In this document: piece after piece, positions 12,129 to 26,029 of the stretch
Layout of the letters: each line of letters opens with the position of its first letter
How positions within the stretch are numbered: position 1 is the first letter of the stretch
Translations under genes and position numbers: made by a program
Source of the DNA: Eledone cirrhosa
Taxonomy: Eukaryota
Direction of reading: 5' to 3'
Assembly: GCA_964016885.1 (NCBI GenBank)
Contig: OZ024753.1
Location: 10,106,001-10,170,000 of the forward strand
DNA length: 64,000 bases
The notes under the pieces: model-generated
Seen by the model: only the letters and a program-made list of their open reading frames with translations
Databases searched by the model: none
Told to the model about the DNA's origin: nothing

Positions 12129-15100
12129 TAACAATATCTGCCAGAGTTTGTGACCGGTAGATAGTATTAGCGATGGAAAGACCAATGGAAACATTGTTCC
12201 TTGGTCAGATTTGCTATGTCTAACAATATCTGCCAGAGTTTGTGACCGGTAGATAGTATTAGCGATGGAAAGACCAATGGAAACATTGTTTCCTTGGTCA
12301 GATTTGCTATGTCTAACAATATCTGCCAGAGTTTGTGACCGGTAGATAGTATTAGCGATGGAAAGACCAATGGAAACATTGTTTCCTTGGTCAGATTTGC
12401 TATGTCTAACAATATCTGCCAGAGTTTGTGACCGGTAGATAGTATTAGCGATGGAAAGACCAATGGAAACATTGTTTCCTTGGTCAGATTTGCTATGTCT
12501 AACAATATCTGCCAGAGTTTGTGACCGGTAGATAGTATTAGCGATGGAAAGACCAATGGAAACATTGTTTCCTTGGTCAGATTTGCTATGTCTAACAATA
12601 TCTGCCAGAGTTTGTGACCGGTAGATAGTATTAGCGATGGAAAGACCAATGGAAACATTGTTTCCTTGGTCAGATTTGCTATGTCTAACAATATCTGCCA
12701 GAGTTTGTGACCGGTAGATAGTATTAGTAATGGAAAGACCAATGGAAACATTGTTTCCTTGGTCAGATTTGCTATGTCTAACAATATCTGCCAGAGTTTG
12801 TGACCGGTAGATAGTATTAGCGATGGAAAGACCAATGGAAACATTGTTTCCTTGGTCAGATTTGCTATGTCTAACAATATCTGCCAGAGTTTGTGACCGG
12901 TAGATAGTATTAGCGATGGAAAGACCAATGGAAACATTGTTCCTTGATCAGATTTGCTATGTCTAACAATATCTGCCAGAGTTTGTGACCGGTAGATAGT
13001 ATTAGTAATGGAAAGACCAATGGAAACATTGTTTCCTTGGTCAGATTTGCTATGTCTAACAATATCTGCCAGAGTTTGTGACCGGTAGATAGTATTAGCG
13101 ATGGAAAGACCAATGGAAACATTGTTTCCTTGGTCAGATTTGCTATGTCTAACAATATCTGCCAGAGTTTGTGACCGGTAGATAGTATTAGCGATGGAAA
13201 GACCAATGGAAACATTGTTCCTTGATCAGATTTGCTATGTCTAACAATATCTGCCAGAGTTTGTGACCGGTAGATAGTATTAGCGATGGAAAGACCAATG
13301 GAAACATTGTTCCTTGATCAGATTTGCTATGTCTAACAATATCTGCCAGAGTTTGTGACCGGTAGATAGTATTAGTAATGGAAAGACCAATGGAAACATT
13401 GTTTCCTTGGTCAGATTTGCTATGTCTAACAATATCTGCCAGAGTTTGTGACCGGTAGATAGTATTAGCGATGGAAAGACCAATAGAAACATTGTTTCCT
13501 TAGTCAGATTTGCTATGTCTAACAATATCTGCCAGAGTTTGTGACCGGTAGATAGTATTAGCGATGGAAAGACCAATGGAAACATTGTTCCTTGATCAGA
13601 TTTGCTATGTCTAACAATATCTGCCAGAGTTTGTGACCGGTAGATAGTATTAGCGATGGAAAGACCAATGGAAACATTGTTCCTTGATCAGATTTGCTAT
13701 GTCTAACAATATCTGCCAGAGTTTGTGACCGGTAGATAGTATTAGTAATGGAAAGACCAATGGAAACATTGTTTCCTTGGTCAGATTTGCTATGTCTAAC
13801 AATATCTGCCAGAGTTTGTGACCGGTAGATAGTATTAGCGATGGAAAGACCAATGGAAACATTGTTTCCTTGGTCAGATTTGCTATGTCTAACAATATCT
13901 GCCAGAGTTTGTGACCGGTAGATAGTATTAGCGATGGAAAGACCAATGGAAACATTGTTCCTTGATCAGATTTGCTATGTCTAACAATATCTGCCAGAGT
14001 TTGTGACCGGTAGATAGTATTAGCGATGGAAAGACCAATGGAAACATTGTTCCTTGATCAGATTTGCTATGTCTAACAATATCTGCCAGAGTTTGTGACC
14101 GGTAGATAGTATTAGTAATGGAAAGACCAATGGAAACATTGTTTCCTTGGTCAGATTTGCTATGTCTAACAATATCTGCCAGAGTTTGTGACCGGTAGAT
14201 AGTATTAGCGATGGAAAGACCAATGGAAACATTGTTTCCTTGGTCAGATTTGCTATGTCTAACAATATCTGCCAGAGTTTGTGACCGGTAGATAGTATTA
14301 GCGATGGAAAGACCAATGGAAACATTGTTTCCTTGGTCAGATTTGCTATGTCTAACAATATCTGCCAGAGTTTGTGACCGGTAGATAGTATTAGCGATGG
14401 AAAGACCAATGGAAACATTGTTTCCTTGGTCAGATTTGCTATGTCTAACAATATCTGCCAGAGTTTGTGACCGGTAGATAGTATTAGCGATGGAAAGACC
14501 AATGGAAACATTGTTTCCTTGGTCAGATTTGCTATGTCTAACAATATCTGCCAGAGTTTGTGACCGGTAGATAGTATTAGCGATGGAAAGACCAATGGAA
14601 ACATTGTTTCCTTGGTCAGATTTGCTATGTCTAACAATATCTGCCAGAGTTTGTGACTGGTAGATAGTATTAGCGATGGAAAGACCAATGGAAACATTGT
14701 TCCTTGGTCAGATTTGCTATGTCTAACAATATCTGCCAGAGTTTGTGACTGGTAGATAGTATTAGCGATGGAAAGACCAATGGAAACATTGTTCCTTGGT
14801 CAGATTTGCTATGTCTAACAATATCTGCCAGAGTTTGTGACCGGTAGATAGTATTAGCGATGGAAAGACCAATGGAAACATTGTTCCTTGATCAGATTTG
14901 CTATGTCTAACAATATCTGCCAGAGTTTGTGACCGGTAGATAGTATTAGCGATGGAAAGACCAATGGAAACATTGTTCCTTGATCAGATTTGCTATGTCT
15001 AACAATATCTGCCAGAGTTTGTGACCGGTAGATAGTATTAGCGATGGAAAGACCAATGGAAACATTGTTCCTTGGTCAGATTTGCTATGTCTAACAATAT

Positions 15101-18100
15101 CTGCCAGAGTTTGTGACCGGTAGATAGTATTAGCGATGGAAAGACCAATGGAAACATTGTTCCTTGATCAGATTTGCTATGTCTAACAATATCTGCCAGA
15201 GTTTGTGACCGGTAGATAGTATTAGCGATGGAAAGACCAATGGAAACATTGTTCCTTGATCAGATTTGCTATGTCTAACAATATCTGCCAGAGTTTGTGA
15301 CCGGTAGATAGTATTAGCGATGGAAAGACCAATGGAAACATTGTTCCTTGATCAGATTTGCTATGTCTAACAATATCTGCCAGAGTTTGTGACCGGTAGA
15401 TAGTATTAGCGATGGAAAGACCAATGGAAACATTGTTCCTTGGTCAGATTTGCTATGTCTAACAATATCTGCCAGAGTTTGTGACCGGTAGATAGTATTA
15501 GCGATGGAAAGACCAATGGAAACATTGTTCCTTGATCAGATTTGCTATGTCTAACAATATCTGCCAGAGTTTGTGACCGGTAGATAGTATTAGCGATGGA
15601 AAGACCAATGGAAACATTGTTCCTTGATCAGATTTGCTATGTCTAACAATATCTGCCAGAGTTTGTGACCGGTAGATAGTATTAGCGATGGAAAGACCAA
15701 TGGAAACATTGTTCCTTGATCAGATTTGCTATGTCTAACAATATCTGCCAGAGTTTGTGACCGGTAGATAGTATTAGCGATGGAAAGACCAATGGAAACA
15801 TTGTTCCTTGATCAGATTTGCTATGTCTAACAATATCTGCCAGAGTTTGTGACCGGTAGATAGTATTAGCGATGGAAAGACCAATGGAAACATTGTTCCT
15901 TGGTCAGATTTGCTATGTCTAACAATATCTGCCAGAGTTTGTGACCGGTAGATAGTATTAGCGATGGAAAGACCAATGGAAACATTGTTCCTTGATCAGA
16001 TTTGCTATGTCTAACAATATCTGCCAGAGTTTGTGACCGGTAGATAGTATTAGCGATGGAAAGACCAATGGAAACATTGTTCCTTGATCAGATTTGCTAT
16101 GTCTAACAATATCTGCCAGAGTTTGTGACCGGTAGATAGTATTAGCGATGGAAAGACCAATGGAAACATTGTTCCTTGGTCAGATTTGCTATGTCTAACA
16201 ATATCTGCCAGAGTTTGTGACCGGTAGATAGTATTAGCGATGGAAAGACCAATGGAAACATTGTTCCTTGATCAGATTTGCTATGTCTAACAATATCTGC
16301 CAGAGTTTGTGACCGGTAGATAGTATTAGCGATGGAAAGACCAATGGAAACATTGTTCCTTGGTCAGATTTGCTATGTCTAACAATATCTGCCAGAGTTT
16401 GTGACCGGTAGATAGTATTAGCGATGGAAAGACCAATGGAAACATTGTTCCTTGATCAGATTTGCTATGTCTAACAATATCTGCCAGAGTTTGTGACCGG
16501 TAGATAGTATTAGCGATGGAAAGACCAATGGAAACATTGTTCCTTGGTCAGATTTGCTATGTCTAACAATATCTGCCAGAGTTTGTGACCGGTAGATAGT
16601 ATTAGCGATGGAAAGACCAATGGAAACATTGTTCCTTGATCAGATTTGCTATGTCTAACAATATCTGCCAGAGTTTGTGACTGGTAGATAGTATTAGCGA
16701 TGGAAAGACCAATGGAAACATTGTTTCCTTGGTCAGATTTGCTATGTCTAACAATATCTGCCAGAGTTTGTGACCGGTAGATAGTATTAGCGATGGAAAG
16801 ACCAATGGAAACATTGTTCCTTGGTCAGATTTGCTATGTCTAACAATATCTGCCAGAGTTTGTGACCGGTAGATAGTATTAGCGATGGAAAGACCAATGG
16901 AAACATTGTTCCTTGATCAGATTTGCTATGTCTAACAATATCTGCCAGAGTTTGTGACCGGTAGATAGTATCAGTAATGAAAAGACCAATGGAAACATTG
17001 TTTCCTTGGTCAGATTTGCTATGTCTAACAATATCTGCCAGAGTTTGTGACCGGTAGATAGTATTAGCGATGGAAAGACCAATGGAAACATTGTTTCCTT
17101 GGTCAGATTTGCTATGTCTAACAATATCTGCCAGAGTTTGTGACCGGTAGATAGTATTAGCGATGGAAAGACCAATGGAAACATTGTTTCCTTGGTCAGA
17201 TTTGCTATGTCTAACAATATCTGCCAGAGTTTGTGACCGGTAGATAGTATTAGCGATGGAAAGACCAATGGAAACATTGTTTCCTTGGTCAGATTTGCTA
17301 TGTCTAACAATATCTGCCAGAGTTTGTGACCGGTAGATAGTATCAGTAATGAAAAGACCAATGGAAACATTGTTTCCTTGGTCAGATTTGCTATGTCTAA
17401 CAATATCTGCCAGAGTTTGTGACCGGTAGATAGTATTAGCGATGGAAAGACCAATGGAAACATTGTTTCCTTGGTCAGATTTGCTATGTCTAACAATATC
17501 TGCCAGAGTTTGTGACCGGTAGATAGTATTAGCGATGGAAAGACCAATGGAAACATTGTTTCCTTGGTCAGATTTGCTATGTCTAACAATATCTGCCAGA
17601 GTTTGTGACCGGTAGATAGTATTAGCGATGGAAAGACCAATGGAAACATTGTTTCCTTGGTCAGATTTGCTATGTCTAACAATATCTGCCAGAGTTTGTG
17701 ACCGGTAGATAGTATTAGCGATGGAAAGACCAATGGAAACATTGTTTCCTTGGTCAGATTTGCTATGTCTAACAATATCTGCCAGAGTTTGTGACCGGTA
17801 GATAGTATCAGTAATGAAAAGACCAATGGAAACATTGTTTCCTTGGTCAGATTTGCTATGTCTAACAATATCTGCCAGAGTTTGTGACCGGTAGATAGTA
17901 TTAGCGATGGAAAGACCAATGGAAACATTGTTTCCTTGGTCAGATTTGCTATGTCTAACAATATCTGCCAGAGTTTGTGACCGGTAGATAGTATTAGCGA
18001 TGGAAAGACCAATGGAAACATTGTTTCCTTGGTCAGATTTGCTATGTCTAACAATATCTGCCAGAGTTTGTGACCGGTAGATAGTATTAGCGATGGAAAG

Positions 18101-21100
18101 ACCAATGGAAACATTGTTTCCTTGGTCAGATTTGCTATGTCTAACAATATCTGCCAGAGTTTGTGACCGGTAGATAGTATTAGCGGTGGAAAGACCAATG
18201 GAAACATTGTTTCCTTGGTCAGATTTGCTATGTCTAACAATATCTGCCAGAGTTTGTGACCGGTAGATAGTATTAGCGATGGAAAGACCAATGGAAACAT
18301 TGTTTCCTTGGTCAGATTTGCTATGTCTAACAATATCTGCCAGAGTTTGTGACCGGTAGATAGTATCAGTAATGAAAAGACCAATGGAAACATTGTTTCC
18401 TTGGTCAGATTTGCTATGTCTAACAATATCTGCCAGAGTTTGTGACCGGTAGATAGTATTAGCGATGGAAAGACCAATGGAAACATTGTTTCCTTGGTCA
18501 GATTTGCTATGTCTAACAATATCTGCCAGAGTTTGTGACCGGTAGATAGTATTAGCGATGGAAAGACCAATGGAAACATTGTTTCCTTGGTCAGATTTGC
18601 TATGTCTAACAATATCTGCCAGAGTTTGTGACCGGTAGATAGTATCAGTAATGAAAAGACCAATGGAAACATTGTTTCCTTGGTCAGATTTGCTATGTCT
18701 AACAATATCTGCCAGAGTTTGTGACCGGTAGATAGTATTAGCGATGGAAAGACCAATGGAAACATTGTTTCCTTGGTCAGATTTGCTATGTCTAACAATA
18801 TCTGCCAGAGTTTGTGACCGGTAGATAGTATTAGCGATGGAAAGACCAATGGAAACATTGTTTCCTTGGTCAGATTTGCTATGTCTAACAATATCTGCCA
18901 GAGTTTGTGACCGGTAGATAGTATTAGCGATGGAAAGACCAATGGAAACATTGTTTCCTTGGTCAGATTTGCTATGTCTAACAATATCTGCCAGAGTTTG
19001 TGACCGGTAGATAGTATTAGCGATGGAAAGACCAATGGAAACATTGTTTCCTTGGTCAGATTTGCTATGTCTAACAATATCTGCCAGAGTTTGTGACCGG
19101 TAGATAGTATTAGCGATGGAAAGACCAATGGAAACATTGTTTCCTTGGTCAGATTTGCTATGTCTAACAATATCTGCCAGAGTTTGTGACCGGTAGATAG
19201 TATTAGCGATGGAAAGACCAATGGAAACATTGTTCCTTGGTCAGATTTGCTATGTCTAACAATATCTGCCAGAGTTTGTGACCGGTAGATAGTATTAGCG
19301 ATGGAAAGACCAATGGAAACATTGTTTCCTTGGTCAGATTTGCTATGTCTAACAATATCTGCCAGAGTTTGTGACCGGTAGATAGTATTAGCGATAGAAA
19401 GACCAATGGAAACATTGTTTCCTTGGTCAGATTTGCTATGTCTAACAATATCTGCCAGAGTTTGTGACCGGTAGATAGTATTAGCGATGGAAAGACCAAT
19501 GGAAACATTGTTCCTTGGTCAGATTTGCTATGTCTAACAATATCTGCCAGAGTTTGTGACCGGTAGATAGTATTAGCGATGGAAAGACCAATGGAAACAT
19601 TGTTTCCTTGGTCAGATTTGCTATGTCTAACAATATCTGCCAGAGTTTGTGACCGGTAGATAGTATTAGCGATGGAAAGACCAATGGAAACATTGTTTCC
19701 TTGGTCAGATTTGCTATGTCTAACAATATCTGCCAGAGTTTGTGACCGGTAGATAGTATTAGCGATGGAAAGACCAATGGAAACATTGTTCCTTGGTCAG
19801 ATTTGCTATGTCTAACAATATCTGCCAGAGTTTGTGACCGGTAGATAGTATTAGCGATGGAAAGACCAATGGAAACATTGTTTCCTTGGTCAGATTTGCT
19901 ATGTCTAACAATATCTGCCAGAGTTTGTGACCGGTAGATAGTATTAGCGATAGAAAGACCAATGGAAACATTGTTTCCTTGGTCAGATTTGCTATGTCTA
20001 ACAATATCTGCCAGAGTTTGTGACCGGTAGATAGTATTAGCGATGGAAAGACCAATGGAAACATTGTTCCTTGGTCAGATTTGCTATGTCTAACAATATC
20101 TGCCAGAGTTTGTGACCGGTAGATAGTATTAGCGATGGAAAGACCAATGGAAACATTGTTTCCTTGGTCAGATTTGCTATGTCTAACAATATCTGCCAGA
20201 GTTTGTGACCGGTAGATAGTATTAGCGATGGAAAGACCAATGGAAACATTGTTCCTTGGTCAGATTTGCTATGTCTAACAATATCTGCCAGAGTTTGTGA
20301 CCGGTAGATAGTATTAGCGATGGAAAGACCAATGGAAACATTGTTTCCTTGGTCAGATTTGCTATGTCTAACAATATCTGCCAGAGTTTGTGACCGGTAG
20401 ATAGTATTAGCGATGGAAAGACCAATGGAAACATTGTTCCTTGGTCAGATTTGCTATGTCTAACAATATCTGCCAGAGTTTGTGACCGGTAGATAGTATT
20501 AGCGATGGAAAGACCAATGGAAACATTGTTCCTTGATCAGATTTGCTATGTCTAACAATATCTGCCAGAGTTTGTGACCGGTAGATAGTATTAGCGATGG
20601 AAAGACCAATGGAAACATTGTTCCTTGGTCAGATTTGCTATGTCTAACAATATCTGCCAGAGTTTGTGACCGGTAGATAGTATTAGCGATGGAAAGACCA
20701 ATGGAAACATTGTTCCTTGGTCAGATTTGCTATGTCTAACAATATCTGCCAGAGTTTGTGACCGGTAGATAGTATTAGCGATGGAAAGACCAATGGAAAC
20801 ATTGTTCCTTGATCAGATTTGCTATGTCTAACAATATCTGCCAGAGTTTGTGACCGGTAGATAGTATTAGCGATGGAAAGACCAATGGAAACATTGTTCC
20901 TTGGTCAGATTTGCTATGTCTAACAATATCTGCCAGAGTTTGTGACCGGTAGATAGTATTAGCGATGGAAAGACCAATGGAAACATTGTTCCTTGGTCAG
21001 ATTTGCTATGTCTAACAATATCTGCCAGAGTTTGTGACCGGTAGATAGTATTAGCGATGGAAAGACCAATGGAAACATTGTTCCTTGGTCAGATTTGCTA

Positions 21101-22952
21101 TGTCTAACAATATCTGCCAGAGTTTGTGACCGGTAGATAGTATTAGCGATGGAAAGACCAATGGAAACATTGTTTCCTTGGTCAGATTTGCTATGTCTAA
21201 CAATATCTGCCAGAGTTTGTGACCGGTAGATAGTATTAGCGATGGAAAGACCAATGGAAACATTGTTTCCTTGGTCAGATTTGCTATGTCTAACAATATC
21301 TGCCAGAGTTTGTGACCGGTAGATAGTATTAGCGATGGAAAGACCAATGGAAACATTGTTTCCTTGGTCAGATTTGCTATGTCTAACAATATCTGCCAGA
21401 GTTTGTGACCGGTAGATAGTATTAGCGATGGAAAGACCAATGGAAACATTGTTTCCTTGGTCAGATTTGCTATGTCTAACAATATCTGCCAGAGTTTGTG
21501 ACCGGTAGATAGTATTAGCGATGGAAAGACCAATGGAAACATTGTTTCCTTGGTCAGATTTGCTATGTCTAACAATATCTGCCAGAGTTTGTGACCGGTA
21601 GATAGTATCAGTAATGAAAAAACCAATGGAAACATTGTTCCTTGATCAGATTTGCTATGTCTAACAATATCTGCCAGAGTTTGTGACCGGTAGATAGTAT
21701 TAGCGATAGAAAGACCAATGGAAACATTGTTTCCTTGGTCAGATTTGCTATGTCTAACAATATCTGCCAGAGTTTGTGACCGGTAGATAGTATTAGCGAT
21801 GGAAAGACCAATGGAAACATTGTTTCCTTGGTCAGATTTGCTATGTCTAACAATATCTGCCAGAGTTTGTGACCGGTAGATAGTATTAGCGATGGAAAGA
21901 CCAATGGAAACATTGTTTCTTGGTCAGATTTGCTATGTCTAACAATATCTGCCAGAGTTTGTGACCGGTAGATAGTATTAGCGATAGAAAGACCAATGGA
22001 AACATTGTTCCTTGGTCAGATTTGCTATGTCTAACAATATCTGCCAGAGTTTGTGACCGGTAGATAGTATTAGCGATAGAAAGACCAATGGAAACATTGT
22101 TTCCTTGGTCAGATTTGCTATGTCTAACAATATCTGCCAGAGTTTGTGACCGGTAGATAGTATTAGCGATAGAAAGACCAATGGAAACATTGTTTCCTTG
22201 GTCAGATTTGCTATGTCTAACAATATCTGCCAGAGTTTGTGACCGGTAGATAGTATTAGCGATGGAAAGACCAATGGAAACATTGTTTCCTTGGTCAGAT
22301 TTGCTATGTCTAACAATATCTGCCAGAGTTTGTGACCGGTAGATAGTATTAGCGATGGAAAGACCAATGGAAACATTGTTTCCTTGGTCAGATTTGCTAT
22401 GTCTAACAATATCTGCCAGAGTTTGTGACCGGTAGATAGTATTAGCGATGGAAAGACCAATGGAAACATTGTTTCCTTGATCAGATTTGCTATGTCTAAC
22501 AATATCTGCCAGAGTTTGTGACCGGTAGATAGTATTAGCGATGGAAAGACCAATGGAAACATTGTTCCTTGGTCAGATTTGCTATGTCTAACAATATCTG
22601 CCAGAGTTTGTGACCGGTAGATAGTATTAGCGATGGAAAGACCAATGGAAACATTGTTCCTTGATCAGATTTGCTATGTCTAACAATATCTGCCAGAGTT
22701 TGTGACCGGTAGATAGTATTAGCGATGTCAAGACCAATGGAAACATTGTTTCCTTGGTCAGATTTGCTATGTCTAACAATATCTGCCAGAGTTTGTGACC
22801 GGTAGATAGTATTAGCGATGTCAAGACCAATGGAAACATTGTTTCCTTGGTCAGATTTGCTATGTCTAACAATATCTGCCAGAGTTTGTGACCGGTAGAT
22901 AGTATTAGCGATGTCAAGACCAATGGAAACATTGTTTCCTTGGTCAGATTTG
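12129..22952. repeat. Intronic tandem array of ~117 copies of a 92/93-bp unit
   Basis: Unit TAACAATATCTGCCAGAGTTTGTGACCGGTAGATAGTATTAGCGATGGAAAGACCAATGGAAACATTGTT(T)CCTTGGTCAGATTTGCTATGTC with few variants. No spacers. Confidence 0.99.
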
Positions 22953-23917
22953 ACGAGTTCCACTTCCCTCTGTAAGTGAATGAGGTCTGGAATCTTGTTG
23001 ATCCATCTTATCCTATATATATATAACATTATGTGTATGTGTATGGTGCGTGTGTATTCATGTTTTCACCAATGTTTGTGTGTGTGTGTGTGTGTGTATT
23101 TGCTTTAGTTTTCTTTGATGTGTGTGTGACCTTATATTTGTATGTGTATGTATCATGGAATGTATGAGCAATGTCCTGTCATCTGACCTGTCAAATTTCT
23201 GTGTGTAACAAACATATCTGACCCTTGCATGGAAAATACATGTAAACCGGTGTTGTTGATGATGATGATGATGATGATGATAGAATGTAATGTACAAATG
23301 AACATTCCCTATCTCCCCCTCCACTTCCTCCTTCCATTTGTGTATATGTGGAGTTTGGGATGTGTGTGTTTGTGTTTATACAAGTGTATGTATGTATATA
23401 TATGTATGCACACACATTGTTTATACGCATGGCTATTGTGTGTGAGTATAGTTTGCATGTGAGTTTATGTATACAGCTATTGTATTTATACAAGTGTGTA
23501 TATACACCCTGTGTGTACATATATATAAACATTGTGTGTGTATATATATACGTGTGTGTGTGTGTGTGTGTGTGTGTGTAGCATGAGTGTAGTTTCCACA
23601 TGTTTGTCTATATATGTATTGTGTATAATATGTGTATATATGTAGTGTGACTATATATATGTATTGTGTATATTAATATATATATAGTGTAACTATATAT
23701 ATGTATTGTGTATATATATATATATATATATTGTGTGTGTGTATATATGTAGTGTGACTATATATACATGTATTGTGTGTATATATATATATATATATAT
23801 GTAGTGTTACTATATACATGTATTGTATTGTGTGTGTATGTGTGTGTATATATATGTATTGTCTATATATATATATGTAGTGTTACTATATACTGTATTG
23901 TGTGTGTATATGTATTG

Positions 23918-24240
23918 TGTTTAGTGGTTAGAGCATTGGCCTTGCAATCGAAAGGTTGTGAGTTTAATTCTCGGACCAGGTGATGTATTGTTTCCTTGAG
24001 CAAGACACTTTATTTCACATTGCTCCAGTTTACTCAGCTGTAGAAATGAGATGATAGGACTGGGGTCCCTATCATTCCACTGCAAAGTGGTCGTGGAGGT
24101 GCCATGGCAAAAAAGCACCCAGCACTCACTGTAAATGAGGTTGGTGTTAGGAAGGGCATCCAGCTGTAGAAATCAAGCCAGAATCAGTTCCCGTCCCACT
24201 CTTGCAAGCAGGAAAAAGCGGACGTAAAATGATGATGATA
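23918..24240 (+). mobile_element. SINE-A copy inserted in a TA/TG microsatellite
   Basis: Homology to 10062-10455. Confidence 0.9.
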
Positions 24241-24393
24241 TATGTAGTGTTGCTATATACATGTATTGTGTGTATGTATATATATGTAGCATGACTATAC
24301 ATATGTATTGTATATGTATATGTAGTGTGACTATACAAATGTATTATGTATATATATGTAATGTGACTATACAGTGTGACTATACATATGTAT

Positions 24394-24448
<55 letters not shown>

Positions 24449-24748
24449 TCATCATCACCGTTTTACGTCCGTTCTTCCACGCTAGCATGGGTTATATATA
24501 TATACACACAATACATATGTATAGTCACACTGTATAGTCACATTACATATATATACATAATACATTTTTGTTTGTTACCCTGGCGTCCCCTTTGTTTACG
24601 TGTCCCAACGACTTTTTTTAGCCGTTGTTCGCACCAACCTGAGGCATATGGCCCTTAAAGCGATGAAATGCCTGGGACGGTTGGAGGGTCACTGATGAAG
24701 GACTTACTTTTTCATATGCCCAACCATTTGCAACGGGGAGCCTATTAT

Positions 24749-24786
<38 letters not shown>

Positions 24787-25424
24787 TGTGACTATACCTA
24801 TGTATCTATGTATTGTGTATATATATATATATATATGTATGTAAATCTATATAATCTATCTGATAATACCACCTTTAAACAGCTGGATTAGAGAAGATGT
24901 ATTTTACCATTTTAACTTCAAATCTTCATCACTGAATCTCAAGTGTGGTATTCAGTATATCTTTACGCTAAATAACTTAAGAGTTCTGATTCCTCAGAAG
25001 AGTCGTATCAGAAATAGATTTTAGCTGTGGGAATTAATCTTTGATATAATCTTATATTGTGTTTAACTTGGTAATCTCTGTTAAACTTTCTGATAGTGTT
25101 TTGAATTTCAACCATTGCTTCAGAACATAGCGATTTGTTCATATTCATATATTTAATGAGAGTTAATGTAAAAATGTCATTTTTGTAACAGAGATCGTTT
25201 GGAATTTACCAGAGTAATTAGCAGAGATAAATCTAAAGTTTACACGAGATTGCAACTAACTCCAACCATTAACAAAAAAAAAAAAAATCAGCTCTGCTTC
25301 CACCCACGCCAACCCTGAAAAATATGTAATAACTTGGCTGGTCTAGCTAAGAAGTTTTCTTTTGCAACCACATGGTTCTAAATTCAATCCCACTGTGAAG
25401 TACCTTTGAGCATATATCTGTTTA

Positions 25425-25755
25425 CGATGGAGGCACTCCATCGGCTACGACGATCAATATTTCAGTTCATCCGATCAAAGGAACAGCTTACTCGTGAAAT
25501 TAACGTGCAAGTGGCTGAGCATTCCACAGACACGTGCACTCTTTATGTAGTTCTCAGGGAGATTCAGTATGACACAGTGTGTGACAAGGCTGGTCCTTTG
25601 AACTACAGGTACAACTCATTTTTGCCAGTTTAGTGAACTGGAGCAACGTGAAATAAACTGTCTTGCTCAAGTATACAACACGCCGCCGGGAATTGAACTT
25701 ACAACCTTACGATTGTGTGCTGAATACCCTAACCACTAAGCCATGCATCTTCACA
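25425..25755 (-). mobile_element. tRNA-derived SINE with SINE-A-like head/body and a different 3' part
   Basis: CTGGAGCAACGTGAAATAAACTGTCTTGCTCAAG and CTAACCACTAAGCCA (reverse A-box). Confidence 0.8.
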
Positions 25756-26029
25756 TACTCTTTACTATAGCCTTGACTTAACACACCTCCCTCTGTACTT
25801 GGTGAGTGGTGTTAGGAAGGGCTTCCAGCTGTAAAAACCCTGACCAAATTTACTGTCCCATCAGAGCAAGGTACAGCGAGGCCAATTCTGGCCAGACTAG
25901 CTTCTCAACGTGGATGACCCGATGATGATGATGATGATGATGATGATTATATATATATATATAATCATCATCATCATCGTTTAATATCCAACTTCCACGC
26001 TAGCATGGGTAGAATTGGCTGTTCCCTTT

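Noticed and set aside
16879-19230. 783-aa ORF and related MFPLVFPSLILSTGHKL ORFs
   Set aside because: Consequence of a stop-free 93-bp unit. The frame is broken wherever 92-bp units occur, and it is antisense within an intron.
12129-22952. CRISPR-like array
   Set aside because: No unique spacers, no cas genes, eukaryotic context.
24630-24745. CTGATGA-containing insert as a further hammerhead
   Set aside because: No downstream GAAA or stem III could be identified; too degenerate to call.
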